From a virus, in IMG/VR virus record IMGVR_UViG_3300025009_000051, positions 32,001 to 96,000 of that record: 64,000 nt of DNA; one strand, given 5' to 3'. The number at the start of each line of letters is the position of its first letter. Position 1 is the first letter of the stretch. Below, piece by piece: positions 46,216 to 56,365 of this stretch. The notes under the pieces were generated by a model. That model was not told the origin of the DNA. It did no database searches and saw only the letters and a program-made list of their open reading frames with translations. Position numbers and translations under genes: made by a program.

Positions 46216-47685
46216 ATGTATTATAATTTATTTTTCTCATTAAATAAAAATCAAGTAGAACCGGCTCCGCCTATACCTGTAAATACATTTTTAACTGATT
46301 TACAAGGATATTGGAAATTTGATGAAAGTAGTGGGGAGCAAGCAATGGATTCATTTGTTTATGAATATGATAGCATTTATAATAATACTTCTTCTTCAGT
46401 TGGTAAAATTAATACTGCTTTTGAATTTTCCGGGTCTTATGTTGATTTAGGAAATGTATTAGCCTTTGATTCTACAGATGCATTTTCATTTTCTGGTTGG
46501 GTAAGTGGGTCTGAATCAAGTGAAACTCAAACTATAATAGCAAATCATATTGGTTCTGGTTCATTAAGAGGATATTTCTTTTTTATTCAAGCAAATGACG
46601 AAGCAACTCCAAATAGTTTAAAATTAGTTTTAAGAAATGACGCAACAAGTGAAAATCAAATTGCGGTTGAAGGAAGCACGGTCGTTCCAGGATGGAATCA
46701 TGTTGCATTTACATATGACGGAAGTTCTACTGCAGAAGGAGTTCATCTGTATTTAAATTCCATTGAAAGTTCTTCAATTGAGTTCAATGTATTGTCTGGT
46801 TCAATAATTTCGTCTGGATCATTAAATTTCGGAATTGTGTCTGGATCCAGTTATCCGTTTAGTGGTAGTATGGATGAATTTGGAATTTGGGGTAAAGAAT
46901 TATCTGAATATGATATAGCAATTTTATATAATAGTGGAAGTGGATTTCCTTTTAGCAACTTTCAAGGAGATACTCCGGTTATAAATAATCTATTAACGAA
47001 TTTACAATCATATTGGAAATTAGACGAGGCGTCTGGAGCACAATCTTTAGATTCCCATGCCAATAATTATGATAGTGTATCTAATACGACGACAAGTGTA
47101 GCAGGTATATTAAATAATTGTGTTAATTGTGATGGCACTCAATATGTATCATACGGAAATGTGTTAGGATATGAAAGAACTCAGCCATTTTCATTTTCTT
47201 GCTGGATAAATCGAGATAATGAAACCTATTTAAATACAATAATAAGTAAAATGGAAGGAGCCGGCGATGGCCGAGGTATGTTATTAATGGCAAGAAATGT
47301 TGGAGCAGCGTTGCAACCAAATAAATTATATTTTTTATTAAGAAATACAACATCAAACTATTTGGCAATTTTTGGAAGTTTGTATGAAATAAATGCTGGG
47401 AGTTGGTATCATATAGTTGTGACATACAACGGCAATTCTTTGTCAACAGGAGTTAAAATGTATGTGAATAATCAATTAGAAGTAAATGATGTATATAATG
47501 ATAATTTATCCAATACGATTATAAATACTTCTAATTTTTGTATTGGTGCGAGACCTACTGCTACTACTCAATATCATATGGGAAAAATAGATGAAGTAGC
47601 ATTTTGGGATAGAGAATTAACTGCTGAGGAAGTAGAGTTATTATATAATAGTGGAGCAGGATTTGCTTATGAAGGGTTTAGTTAA
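46216..47685 (+). CDS. tandem LamG/concanavalin-like domain virion protein
   Basis: Two repeats of YWK.DE.SG...W.H....Y.G...G.(M/I)DE...W..EL...LYNSG.G. Confidence 0.85.
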   Translation: MYYNLFFSLNKNQVEPAPPIPVNTFLTDLQGYWKFDESSGEQAMDSFVYEYDSIYNNTSSSVGKINTAFEFSGSYVDLGNVLAFDSTDAFSFSGWVSGSESSETQTIIANHIGSGSLRGYFFFIQANDEATPNSLKLVLRNDATSENQIAVEGSTVVPGWNHVAFTYDGSSTAEGVHLYLNSIESSSIEFNVLSGSIISSGSLNFGIVSGSSYPFSGSMDEFGIWGKELSEYDIAILYNSGSGFPFSNFQGDTPVINNLLTNLQSYWKLDEASGAQSLDSHANNYDSVSNTTTSVAGILNNCVNCDGTQYVSYGNVLGYERTQPFSFSCWINRDNETYLNTIISKMEGAGDGRGMLLMARNVGAALQPNKLYFLLRNTTSNYLAIFGSLYEINAGSWYHIVVTYNGNSLSTGVKMYVNNQLEVNDVYNDNLSNTIINTSNFCIGARPTATTQYHMGKIDEVAFWDRELTAEEVELLYNSGAGFAYEGFS

Positions 47686-47734
47686 AATAAAAAACTATTT
47701 TTTTATATTTATATTAAAGTAAGAATTAAAAAAC

Positions 47735-49354
47735 ATGAAGTCAATAATACAATCTATATCATATCCTGAATTTACAACTGCAAGTAGAAATGCTTATGTA
47801 GCTGCTACACCGCCACCGGTTAATTTCATTATAAAAAATACAGATTATAATAGATTAGAAAAATGGGATGGAACATATTGGAAAGAAGTGCATAAAACTT
47901 CATTGAAATCTGATTATGAAACACAAAGAGAATTAGCAAATGCCAATGAATTAGACTTTTATGATACAACAAAAGAAATATTAACAATTGCATCTGGAAG
48001 TTTAGGTAATGTTGAATCTTTTACTGAAGCTTATGCGAGATATAGCACAACTCATTTTGGAGACCCGCATGCAATAATTTATCTTAGAGGGCATTTATAT
48101 ATTGGAACAAGGCAAATGCCAGCAAGATTGGCAAAAATAAATGTGAGGGATTTTACTGATTCTACAATTATAACTTTTCCTGGTTCTAATGCTTTATCAT
48201 TATATTCTATTATTGAAACAATTACTTATTCAGAACATACAGATAAATTATATGTTGCATTTTCAGATCCAATAGATGATGGAAGAAAAATAAGAGTTGC
48301 TGAAATTGATCCTGTAGATTTATCATATGAAATAGTAATTGAAGAAACATCTTCAGATTATCAAGCAGGGGTTTGTAAATGTATTGCTAAGAATGATAAA
48401 TTATATGTGGTTACTGCATATGGAACAAAAAAAGTTGTAGAATATGATTTAAATAATTATACAATTTCAAATGAAATAAATATTCCGGTCACAGGAATTG
48501 AAGTTGTTTCATCTGTTGCAATTGATAGTGGTTCATTGTATTTGGCAGAAGTATATGGAGATGCAGCAGTAAAAAAATTAGATTTAGATTCTTTTACCTT
48601 TACAGATAATTACGCATTACCTACCAATGCTTTGGCGAGTAATTTAGTTGTCGTTGGAGATTATGTTTGGGCTTCTTCTTTAAATTCTTTGGATGCGGGA
48701 GCAGATACAAATAGAGGGATTTATAGATTAAATAAAAATGATTTTGCAGATTATATTCATTTATATGTTGAGGATTTAGACGATGCTTGGGGAATGTTGT
48801 ATGATGGGAAATATTTGTGGTGTCCAATGAAAGCTTCTCCTGTAAAATTGTTAAGAGTAAATCCAAATACATTAGAAATAAATTCTGTTACTCTACCAAC
48901 CGGACAAAATAAATTTAATAAATTGGCGACAGATGGAGTTTCATTATTTTTTACAACTTTTGAAAATCCTTGCAATTTAATTAAATTACAAGATACATTT
49001 AGATATGATGAAACATATTTTGCAGATTCTAATTTTGGAGTACCATTTAAAATAGATCATATTTCCGGTTCAATATATTTTGCAGGAAATTTATATGTTT
49101 CTGGTTCTAACTATTTATCTGGTTCCAACTATTTATCGGGTTCAAATTACATGGATGGAACAAACATTATTTCTGGATCTAACTATTTAAATGGTCCGCT
49201 ATATATAAACAATCAAGAATTAGATATTATAAATCCAAATAATAACGATATTATAGCATATAATTCTTCTACCCAAAAATGGGAACATACAACGGTAGAA
49301 GCCGTTACAGGATTAAGTGCGAGTTTCGTAATAGCAATGGCAGCTGCATTATAA
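47735..49354 (+). CDS. tail fibre-like protein: beta-propeller plus SGSNYL repeats
   Basis: N-terminus shared with 44480; repeated propeller blades; hexapeptide repeats near C-terminus. Confidence 0.65.
   Translation: MKSIIQSISYPEFTTASRNAYVAATPPPVNFIIKNTDYNRLEKWDGTYWKEVHKTSLKSDYETQRELANANELDFYDTTKEILTIASGSLGNVESFTEAYARYSTTHFGDPHAIIYLRGHLYIGTRQMPARLAKINVRDFTDSTIITFPGSNALSLYSIIETITYSEHTDKLYVAFSDPIDDGRKIRVAEIDPVDLSYEIVIEETSSDYQAGVCKCIAKNDKLYVVTAYGTKKVVEYDLNNYTISNEINIPVTGIEVVSSVAIDSGSLYLAEVYGDAAVKKLDLDSFTFTDNYALPTNALASNLVVVGDYVWASSLNSLDAGADTNRGIYRLNKNDFADYIHLYVEDLDDAWGMLYDGKYLWCPMKASPVKLLRVNPNTLEINSVTLPTGQNKFNKLATDGVSLFFTTFENPCNLIKLQDTFRYDETYFADSNFGVPFKIDHISGSIYFAGNLYVSGSNYLSGSNYLSGSNYMDGTNIISGSNYLNGPLYINNQELDIINPNNNDIIAYNSSTQKWEHTTVEAVTGLSASFVIAMAAAL
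49100..49189 (+). repeat. five 18-bp tandem units encoding SGSNYL-like hexapeptides
   Basis: TCTGGTTCTAACTATTTA and variants; SGSNYL SGSNYL SGSNYM DGTNII SGSNYL. Confidence 0.85.
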
Positions 49355-49378
49355 AAAAAATAAAATAAAAATTAATTT

Positions 49379-50062
49379 ATGAAAATATTAGTAGGCAAAG
49401 ATATAGGTTCTTATACATTTACTCCAGCATCTGGAAACATAACTCTATCTGGTTTGGAGACAATAAACCTTGAGGATCTGGTTTTAATCACAAACGCCAC
49501 CTCCGGCAGTATTATATATAATTTTGCTTCTCCTACTCAAGGAGGGTCTATATCAAGCAATGTAATTACACTTGAAACAAATACATCTGCAATGTATTCA
49601 ACAGATAATTTACAAATTTTAGTTGAATATGGAGAACCACATATAGATTTTGATATCGGAGCAATGAAAGTATCTGATATATCTCCTTTATATAATAGAT
49701 ATACAGATGTAGAAACTCTTGTATCTGCTCAAAATTTAACAAGCTCATATGCAGATTATGGTGCTGAAATAGATATGAGAGGATACACTCATTTAGGTAT
49801 TTTTGTGGTTGTAGATGCAAACGATAGTCAAGATGCATATATGAAAGCACTTGGAAAACATACAGAAAGTGGAACAGAAGAATTTATTATAGATGGAATT
49901 GGAGAAATTGTTTTATGGGAGAGTAGTTCATTAGATTTCAATAAATATTGGGAATTTGATACAGGTGTAATTCCATACATACAATTACAAGCATATGCGA
50001 CCACAGTTGGAGTGACTCCTGGAGATCTAACAATTTATATTACTAAATATTATAGACCGTAA
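49379..50062 (+). CDS. tail-module protein
   Basis: IGSYTFTPASGNITL...LITNAT...IIYNFA N-terminal fibre-type domain. Confidence 0.6.
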   Translation: MKILVGKDIGSYTFTPASGNITLSGLETINLEDLVLITNATSGSIIYNFASPTQGGSISSNVITLETNTSAMYSTDNLQILVEYGEPHIDFDIGAMKVSDISPLYNRYTDVETLVSAQNLTSSYADYGAEIDMRGYTHLGIFVVVDANDSQDAYMKALGKHTESGTEEFIIDGIGEIVLWESSSLDFNKYWEFDTGVIPYIQLQAYATTVGVTPGDLTIYITKYYRP

Positions 50063-50064
50063 TT

Positions 50065-50731
50065 ATGGCAGGATTCATTGGAAAACCAAATTTTAAAGCT
50101 GCTTATATTGGTAATATGGGCACCGGAAATTATTTAGAAATAAATGAAAATGGAAATATAAGAGCATATGGGGATGCTATCCAATGGGATGTTATGAAAG
50201 TACCTATTACTTCAACAAAAGCGGGAGGATCAAAAGATCCTGGATTTACAGTTGCGTTTAATAGCGGCTCTTCTCAAGGAGTGTTTACTTGGTTTTTTGA
50301 CCCAGATGTAGAAGAAGAATTATATTTTCCTGTTCAATTACCTCACAATTGGGAGGAAGGAACCAATATAGAAGCCCCATGCACATTGGTTTCCTAAAAC
50401 TAACGGTGGAGCGGGTCAAGATGTCTGTTGGGAGTTGGAATATACTTGGGCCAATATAGGAGGAGTTTTTCCAGATACTCAAATAGTGTATGGAGATGTA
50501 AATAATTTATCTGAAGATTTAATTGCTGAAAAGCATTATATAACTGAAATTGGAACGTTATCAGCTATCGGAAAAACCTTTAGTTCTATGATTTTATGTA
50601 GAATTTTTAGAGATGCGACCAGTGCGAGTGGAACAGACGATTACACAGACGATGCAGGCCTAATAGAAATAGATTTTCATTATAAAATTGACAGCCTCGG
50701 TTCAGATGAAGAATACATAAAATATGAATAA
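50065..50731 (+). CDS. tail-module protein split by +1 frameshift (CCCC 50375-50378)
   Basis: Deleting one C gives continuous ...HNWEEGTNIEAHAHWFPKTNGG...WELEYTWAN..., 221 aa. Confidence 0.75.
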
Positions 50732-50751
50732 AAACAATTAAATAAAAATAT

Positions 50752-51093
50752 ATGTTTAATATAACAATTTCAAACCATCCTACATTTTCAGAAATTACAA
50801 GAAAGGTAGAAATATATGATCTTAAATTTGATGAAATAAATAAAAGCATTTCTATAGATTTAAAAGTGAAACATTTTATAGACGAAACTTTTATAGGGGA
50901 TTTAGATAGAACAGTTTCTCTTTTTATTAATAATTCGGCAACTTTCCTAGTTGCAGAAGGTAATCCTGTCGGAGACTATGACTACTTTGTGGGAATGGCA
51001 GAAGCGGGTGCACCTCTGAAAAGCTTAATAGAAGCAGGAGTTTCTGTAAGAGATACAGATGGTATAATAAATTCAAAATGTAATTATAGATAA
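50752..51093 (+). CDS. hypothetical tail-module protein
   Basis: 113-aa ORF in tail operon. Confidence 0.65.
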   Translation: MFNITISNHPTFSEITRKVEIYDLKFDEINKSISIDLKVKHFIDETFIGDLDRTVSLFINNSATFLVAEGNPVGDYDYFVGMAEAGAPLKSLIEAGVSVRDTDGIINSKCNYR

Positions 51094-51227
51094 TGTCTAA
51101 AAAGAGTTTATATACAGGAGATACACAGTTTTTAGGATTTATAAATCAATATAGAGTTTACAATAGACTCTTATCAGCAGCAGAAATATCACAATTGTAT
51201 AATTATCAAAAAAAGAACTACGAATGA
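51093..51227 (+). pseudogene. 44-aa remnant of a LamG-domain gene
   Basis: MSKKSLYTGDTQFLGFINQYRVYNRLLSAAEISQLYNYQKKNYE = LamG C-terminal motif only. Confidence 0.6.
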
Positions 51228-53065
51228 GCAAAATATTTGATATAGATTTTAGAAAGGGCAGCTTGCAAGATAGTGTGAGTAGTGTATTGCCTACTATTAC
51301 CGGAACATTTAATATAGCTCAAAATACCAAAGGTAATTGTTTAAGATATGGGTCAACAAATATGTCATTAAATTATGGTCAGATTGTAAATTATGGTACT
51401 TCTGATTTTACGATTGTTTTATATCTACATACCGAAACGTCTGGAATATTATTTTCAAATGGTTATAATCCGGGATTAGCTTGTTACTATCATTCAGTTA
51501 ATAAAACTCTTTTATTCTACTTAAATTCGGGGGGTGCTACATACACAATACCTAATATTTTGAACAATAAAAATCACTGTGTTTTGTTTAAAAGACAATC
51601 AGACGAATTTTTCTATTCTATAAATGGTGCTTCATTTATATCTTTAGGAACAAGTATAAAAGATTTAACATCTCCAACAGATTTTAAATTGGGGACAAAT
51701 GTTGGATTTACATCAACAAGCATAGGTAATAAAATATATGGATTAAAAATAGAGAGTGTAGCTTATACAGAAAGTCAAAAAAATGAAGCATATGCAGACT
51801 TCCTAAAAGGCAAACCATTAGCAAAACCAAAGTCAAACTTCACATATCCTAAACCTATATCATTAAGTAATGAAACAGGATTGTTGGCTGCTTATAATAT
51901 GAAGATAAGCAATAAGAATCAGATATTGGATATTAGCGGAAATGGTAATCACTTAACAGCATATAACAGTCCAGCTTCAAGAAAAAATGGTGTTTTATTT
52001 AATGGTGTTAATAACTATGCAAGCAAGACAGGATTAAATATAGCTGATTGGACAATAACATTTAGATTTTTATATGTTGGAAATGTCGGGGCAGCATATC
52101 ATTATATTATAGGTATTCAGAGCAGTGTTGGGATATTTGTTGGCGGAAGTATTATTGGATATTGGGGGTTTTATGATGCTTCAACTGTTACATCAGTAAA
52201 TACTCAAATTGCTGGAACATATTATACAATTACCGTGACAAAGGTAGGTACTTTATATAATTTTTATAGAGACGGTGAATATCAAACATCGGCAACAAAA
52301 GTAAGTAGAAGTATAACCGATTTATATGTAGCTAAAAGAGATGCCGGGTATGGCAATACCAATTGCATTATAGAAGATATTAGAATCTACAACCGTGCAT
52401 TATCAATTAATGAAATAAAAGATTATCACAATCAATTTGCTAAGAGAGTTAATTTTAAGGAAGATTTTGATTATGAATTGGGGTTAAGTATTAAACCAAA
52501 AGGGTGGATTAAAGGAACGGGTGGATTCAAAATTGAAGAGTTGACAACAGATGATGCTGTATTGACACATTTGAAGAAAGGTAGTAAGATGCTTACTTGT
52601 ACAACAGCAGGTACTATATCGTTTCCGAGTAAGCAGGCATACGGAATTTGGGAGTTTGATATAAGTAAAACCCAAGGAAACGCTGGAATTGGAATAACAT
52701 TTATAAATAATAAAATTACCAATACTTCCAATAACGGTTATACCATTTATATAAATAGTTCAGAGCAGTTAGATTTTGGTAGATATTCAAGTGGAGTTTT
52801 TACAAGATTAGCTTTATCTACTTCAGCATATTTAGAAGATAATAAAATATATAGAGTAAAAATAACAAGAACTATAGCAGGAGTATTTACAATTTATATT
52901 AAAGGTGGAAATTATGGAAATGTATATCAATTAATGACAGTATCTTCTGGTAATAATCCATCAACCGACAATACGCACACTTCATCAATATATTGTGTTA
53001 TAGCAGGTAGTTATGCAGGAGATAAAATAGGCAGCATCAAATTTACCGAAGGAATTGAGGTTTAA
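51224..53065 (+). CDS. multi-LamG-domain virion protein
   Basis: DISGNGNH, IEDIRIYNRALSINEI motifs; Asn/Thr/Gly-rich. Confidence 0.8.
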   Translation: MSKIFDIDFRKGSLQDSVSSVLPTITGTFNIAQNTKGNCLRYGSTNMSLNYGQIVNYGTSDFTIVLYLHTETSGILFSNGYNPGLACYYHSVNKTLLFYLNSGGATYTIPNILNNKNHCVLFKRQSDEFFYSINGASFISLGTSIKDLTSPTDFKLGTNVGFTSTSIGNKIYGLKIESVAYTESQKNEAYADFLKGKPLAKPKSNFTYPKPISLSNETGLLAAYNMKISNKNQILDISGNGNHLTAYNSPASRKNGVLFNGVNNYASKTGLNIADWTITFRFLYVGNVGAAYHYIIGIQSSVGIFVGGSIIGYWGFYDASTVTSVNTQIAGTYYTITVTKVGTLYNFYRDGEYQTSATKVSRSITDLYVAKRDAGYGNTNCIIEDIRIYNRALSINEIKDYHNQFAKRVNFKEDFDYELGLSIKPKGWIKGTGGFKIEELTTDDAVLTHLKKGSKMLTCTTAGTISFPSKQAYGIWEFDISKTQGNAGIGITFINNKITNTSNNGYTIYINSSEQLDFGRYSSGVFTRLALSTSAYLEDNKIYRVKITRTIAGVFTIYIKGGNYGNVYQLMTVSSGNNPSTDNTHTSSIYCVIAGSYAGDKIGSIKFTEGIEV

Positions 53066-53084
53066 AAAATAAATAAAAAACAAC

Positions 53085-53522
53085 ATGAAACATTTAAAAA
53101 AATTAATTTTTATGATAGTTGCAATATTACTATCAACGGTATTATTCCCAATCGGATTAATAACCAATCTAATTCAAATATATAGAGTAGGGCATTTCTT
53201 TACTTATCTATGGAAATTCCTTGTAGAACTCTATAAATTAGTAATGGACTTCTTCTTATGGGTAGCTCTATTCTTTGATAGACTTGGAAATGTAGTCATT
53301 GGAAATATAATGTTATTCAACTATGTTAGAAAAGAATATAGAGATAAAACATTATTCAATCAATCTGAAATTACAATCTCTTGTTCTTTAGGACATTGTT
53401 TAGAAAACAATTATTTAAGTGAAAGCGGAATAAGATTTGTAATGGTAATAGATTTTATATTAGGAAAGAATCATTGTAAAGATGCATATGAATGGCAAAA
53501 GAATATAGATCTGAAAAGATGA
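53085..53522 (+). CDS. membrane protein (possible holin-like)
   Basis: N-terminal TM helices; DRLGNV...ITISCSLG...HC motif; end of tail operon. Confidence 0.5.
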   Translation: MKHLKKLIFMIVAILLSTVLFPIGLITNLIQIYRVGHFFTYLWKFLVELYKLVMDFFLWVALFFDRLGNVVIGNIMLFNYVRKEYRDKTLFNQSEITISCSLGHCLENNYLSESGIRFVMVIDFILGKNHCKDAYEWQKNIDLKR

Positions 53523-54073
53523 AATATACAATTTACAAGACGATAAATTTAATTAATAACAAAATTTATATTGGTATGCATTTCACTGAAGATATAAATG
53601 ATGATTATTTAGGATCTGGAAAACATTTACAAAGAGCAATTAATAGATGTGGGAGAGAGAATTTCAAGAAAGAAGTGTTATTTATTTTTGATAATGAACA
53701 AGAAATGATCGAAAAAGAAATTGAACTGGTTAATGAAGATTTTATTAAACGAAACGACACATATAATTTGAAGATTGGTGGATTAGGTGGCGGAGGGAAA
53801 CATTCAGATAAATCAAAAAGAAAAATGAGTAAATCTCCTAAAGGTAAAATATTTTCAGATGAAACTAAACGGAAAATCAGTGAAGCTAATAAAGGTAAAA
53901 AATTATCAGATAAAACCAAAAGAAAAATGAGTAAATCAGCTAAAAATAGACCTCCAGTTTCAGATGAAACTAAAAGAAAAATAAGTTCAACAGAAAAAGG
54001 TAAAATAGTTTCAGATGAAACAAGGCAGAAAATGAGAGAAGCTTGGAAAATCAGAAAAATTAAATCTATATAA
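53519..54073 (+). CDS. GIY-YIG homing endonuclease with NUMOD3 repeats
   Basis: TIYKTINLINNKIYIGMH...YLGSG; repeated SDETKRKIS; start ATG 53519. Confidence 0.9.
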   Translation: MKYTIYKTINLINNKIYIGMHFTEDINDDYLGSGKHLQRAINRCGRENFKKEVLFIFDNEQEMIEKEIELVNEDFIKRNDTYNLKIGGLGGGGKHSDKSKRKMSKSPKGKIFSDETKRKISEANKGKKLSDKTKRKMSKSAKNRPPVSDETKRKISSTEKGKIVSDETRQKMREAWKIRKIKSI

Positions 54074-54097
54074 AAATGAATAAGGTGCACCAGATCT

Positions 54098-54226
54098 ATG
54101 TCGGAAGCACTGTTAAATTTACTTAATTCTACATATACAAAAAATGTCATTAATAGATCAGACGATAGTAATATAATTCAATATTTAGATAATAGTAATG
54201 TTCTTCAATATCAAGAAATAAGTTAA
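54098..54226 (+). CDS. possible 42-aa ORF or gene remnant
   Basis: MSEALLNLLNSTYTKNVINRSDDSNIIQYLDNSNVLQYQEIS; short, weak support. Confidence 0.3.
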   Translation: MSEALLNLLNSTYTKNVINRSDDSNIIQYLDNSNVLQYQEIS

Positions 54227-54239
54227 AAAAAATAATTAT

Positions 54240-54270
54240 TAATTATATATTACATATGTGTAGGTTTTTT
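54240..54270 (+). repeat. 31-bp intergenic element, copy 2
   Basis: TAATTATATATTACATATGTGTAGGTTTTTT, inverted relative to 2393-2423. Confidence 0.9.
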
Positions 54271-54328
54271 ATAAAATTTATTTGTTTTTTTAAAAAAATT
54301 TTAATATATTTCTCAAAATTATTTAATC

Positions 54329-54964
54329 ATGCAAAATGATCCAATTATAAACATTCTAACAAGAACTGCAAGTAGACCAAATTATTTTAGACATTGCAGA
54401 GAAAGCATTTTAAATCAAACCTATTGTAATACTAATCATATATTAGGAATTGATGATATTAAAAGTTTAGATTATATTGATGAATATTATTATTCAAATG
54501 ATAATATTGTAAGATTAGACAGACAAACAAAACAAAATATAAATCACGCTCCTTATAATTTGTATCTTAATACCATGTTAAGAATTGTAAAAGATGGATG
54601 GGTGATTATATTAGATGACGATGATAAATTTATGAAAAATGATGCTTTAGAAATTCTTGTTCCATATATGAATAATGAAAGAAATTTATTATTGTGGAAA
54701 GTACAATTTCCTGGTTATACTATTCCTGGAGCCGCTTATTTTGGAATGAGACCAGTTAGTTGCAACATCAGTATGATTGGATTTTGTTTTCATATTAGTC
54801 AATTAAACAATACAAAATTTAATGATGCTCAAACCGGAGATTTCACATTTATAAATGAACTATATAATAAATTAAATCCTGTTTGGATTAATGACATTTT
54901 AACAGGATTGCAAAGAACAAATTCTGCAGGTGGATTTGGAAGTTTAATAGATTTACAAGAATAA
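54329..54964 (+). CDS. glycosyltransferase family 2
   Basis: ILTRTASRP...IILDDDD...GDF. Confidence 0.8.
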   Translation: MQNDPIINILTRTASRPNYFRHCRESILNQTYCNTNHILGIDDIKSLDYIDEYYYSNDNIVRLDRQTKQNINHAPYNLYLNTMLRIVKDGWVIILDDDDKFMKNDALEILVPYMNNERNLLLWKVQFPGYTIPGAAYFGMRPVSCNISMIGFCFHISQLNNTKFNDAQTGDFTFINELYNKLNPVWINDILTGLQRTNSAGGFGSLIDLQE

Positions 54965-54977
54965 AAAAATATTTGTT

Positions 54978-55586
54978 ATGTCGATAAATGAAATACCAAA
55001 ATTTTGTATAAATTTAGAAGAGAGAAAAGATAGATGGAATTCTTTTCTTATTCAAAAAGATAACTATCCATTTTTATCTAATACAGAAAGATTTAATGCA
55101 ATAAAGCATGCAAGAGGAGCAGAAGGATGCAAATTGTCATATTTAACTTTGTTTGATCATTGCATTCAAAATAATATCAACGAAGTATTAATTTTAGAAG
55201 ATGATGTTTTATTTTTAAATGATGTAGAAAATACATTACAATTGGCAATAAACCAACTTCCAGAAAATTGGGATTTATTATATCTTGGTTTAAATACACA
55301 TAAAAAATTAGATAGATATTCTGATAATTTATTTAAAGTTAAAAGTTCTTTTGCGACCCATGCTATATTATATAATAATAGAAATAATGTAATGAATTAT
55401 ATAATAGAAAAAAAAGATTCTTGCCCAGTTATAGATGTATTTTATTCTAATGAAATTCAACCTAAATTTCAATGTTTTACCGTCTATCCAATTATAGCCA
55501 CTCAAAATAATTCTTATTCTGATATAGAAAAAAAAGTTATAAATATGAATTTTATTGTTGATCGATTTTATACCAATACACGATGA
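54978..55586 (+). CDS. glycosyltransferase family 25
   Basis: CINLEERKDRW, GCKLS, LILEDDV, THAILY. Confidence 0.85.
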   Translation: MSINEIPKFCINLEERKDRWNSFLIQKDNYPFLSNTERFNAIKHARGAEGCKLSYLTLFDHCIQNNINEVLILEDDVLFLNDVENTLQLAINQLPENWDLLYLGLNTHKKLDRYSDNLFKVKSSFATHAILYNNRNNVMNYIIEKKDSCPVIDVFYSNEIQPKFQCFTVYPIIATQNNSYSDIEKKVINMNFIVDRFYTNTR

Positions 55587-56365
55587 TAGGATGTAATTTA
55601 AAAGGCGGATTATGCAATATGATGTTTCAAATTGCAACATTAGAATATATTTCTAAAAATTACAATATACCTATAACCTACCCAAACACAGATATTAATT
55701 TAAGAGATATTTCAAATGCGTATGGAAACAATGCAATTGAATACAAAAATATGTTTAAGAATTTTCATTGGAACAATGTTTACATGCAAAATCAAAGAAC
55801 AAAACAATTCCCATTTGAATATTCAGAAGAAATAAAAATACCAATCGAGGATATATTTTATGATGGATTTTTTCAATCAGAAAAATATTTTAATTGTGAT
55901 AAAAATTTTGTATATAATCTGTTTGAACCTGCAGATTTCATAAAAGAAAAATTAAATAGTTTTAAAAAATTATTTAAAGATAAAACAACTTGTTCAATTC
56001 ATGTAAGAAGAGGAGATTATTTAAAATATCCAGATATTCATAATACCCAACCAATAGAATATTATTTAAAAGGAATGAATATAATACCAGTTGACAAATA
56101 CATTATATTCAGTGATGATATTAATTGGTGCAAAAATTATTTTATAGGAGAACAATTTGTGTTCATAGAAAATGAAAAAGATTATGTAGAATTATTTTTA
56201 ATGTCTGTTTGTAATCACAATATTATTTCAAATAGTTCTTTCGGATGGTGGGGAGCATATTTAAATCAAAACATAGAAAAAAAGGTGATAGGACCAATAA
56301 AATGGTTCGAAAACAATACTTATAATAATAAAGATATAATTCCAGAAGCATGGATTCAAATTTAA
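55583..56365 (+). CDS. glycosyltransferase family 11 (alpha-1,2-fucosyltransferase-like)
   Basis: GGLCNMMFQ, SIHVRRGDY, FSDDINWC, IISNSSFGWWGAYL. Confidence 0.9.
   Translation: MIGCNLKGGLCNMMFQIATLEYISKNYNIPITYPNTDINLRDISNAYGNNAIEYKNMFKNFHWNNVYMQNQRTKQFPFEYSEEIKIPIEDIFYDGFFQSEKYFNCDKNFVYNLFEPADFIKEKLNSFKKLFKDKTTCSIHVRRGDYLKYPDIHNTQPIEYYLKGMNIIPVDKYIIFSDDINWCKNYFIGEQFVFIENEKDYVELFLMSVCNHNIISNSSFGWWGAYLNQNIEKKVIGPIKWFENNTYNNKDIIPEAWIQI

Noticed and set aside
46216-53065. Diversity-generating retroelement acting on LamG genes
   Set aside because: The repeats are old in-frame domain duplications with changes at all bases, not adenine-specific; no reverse transcriptase is in the window
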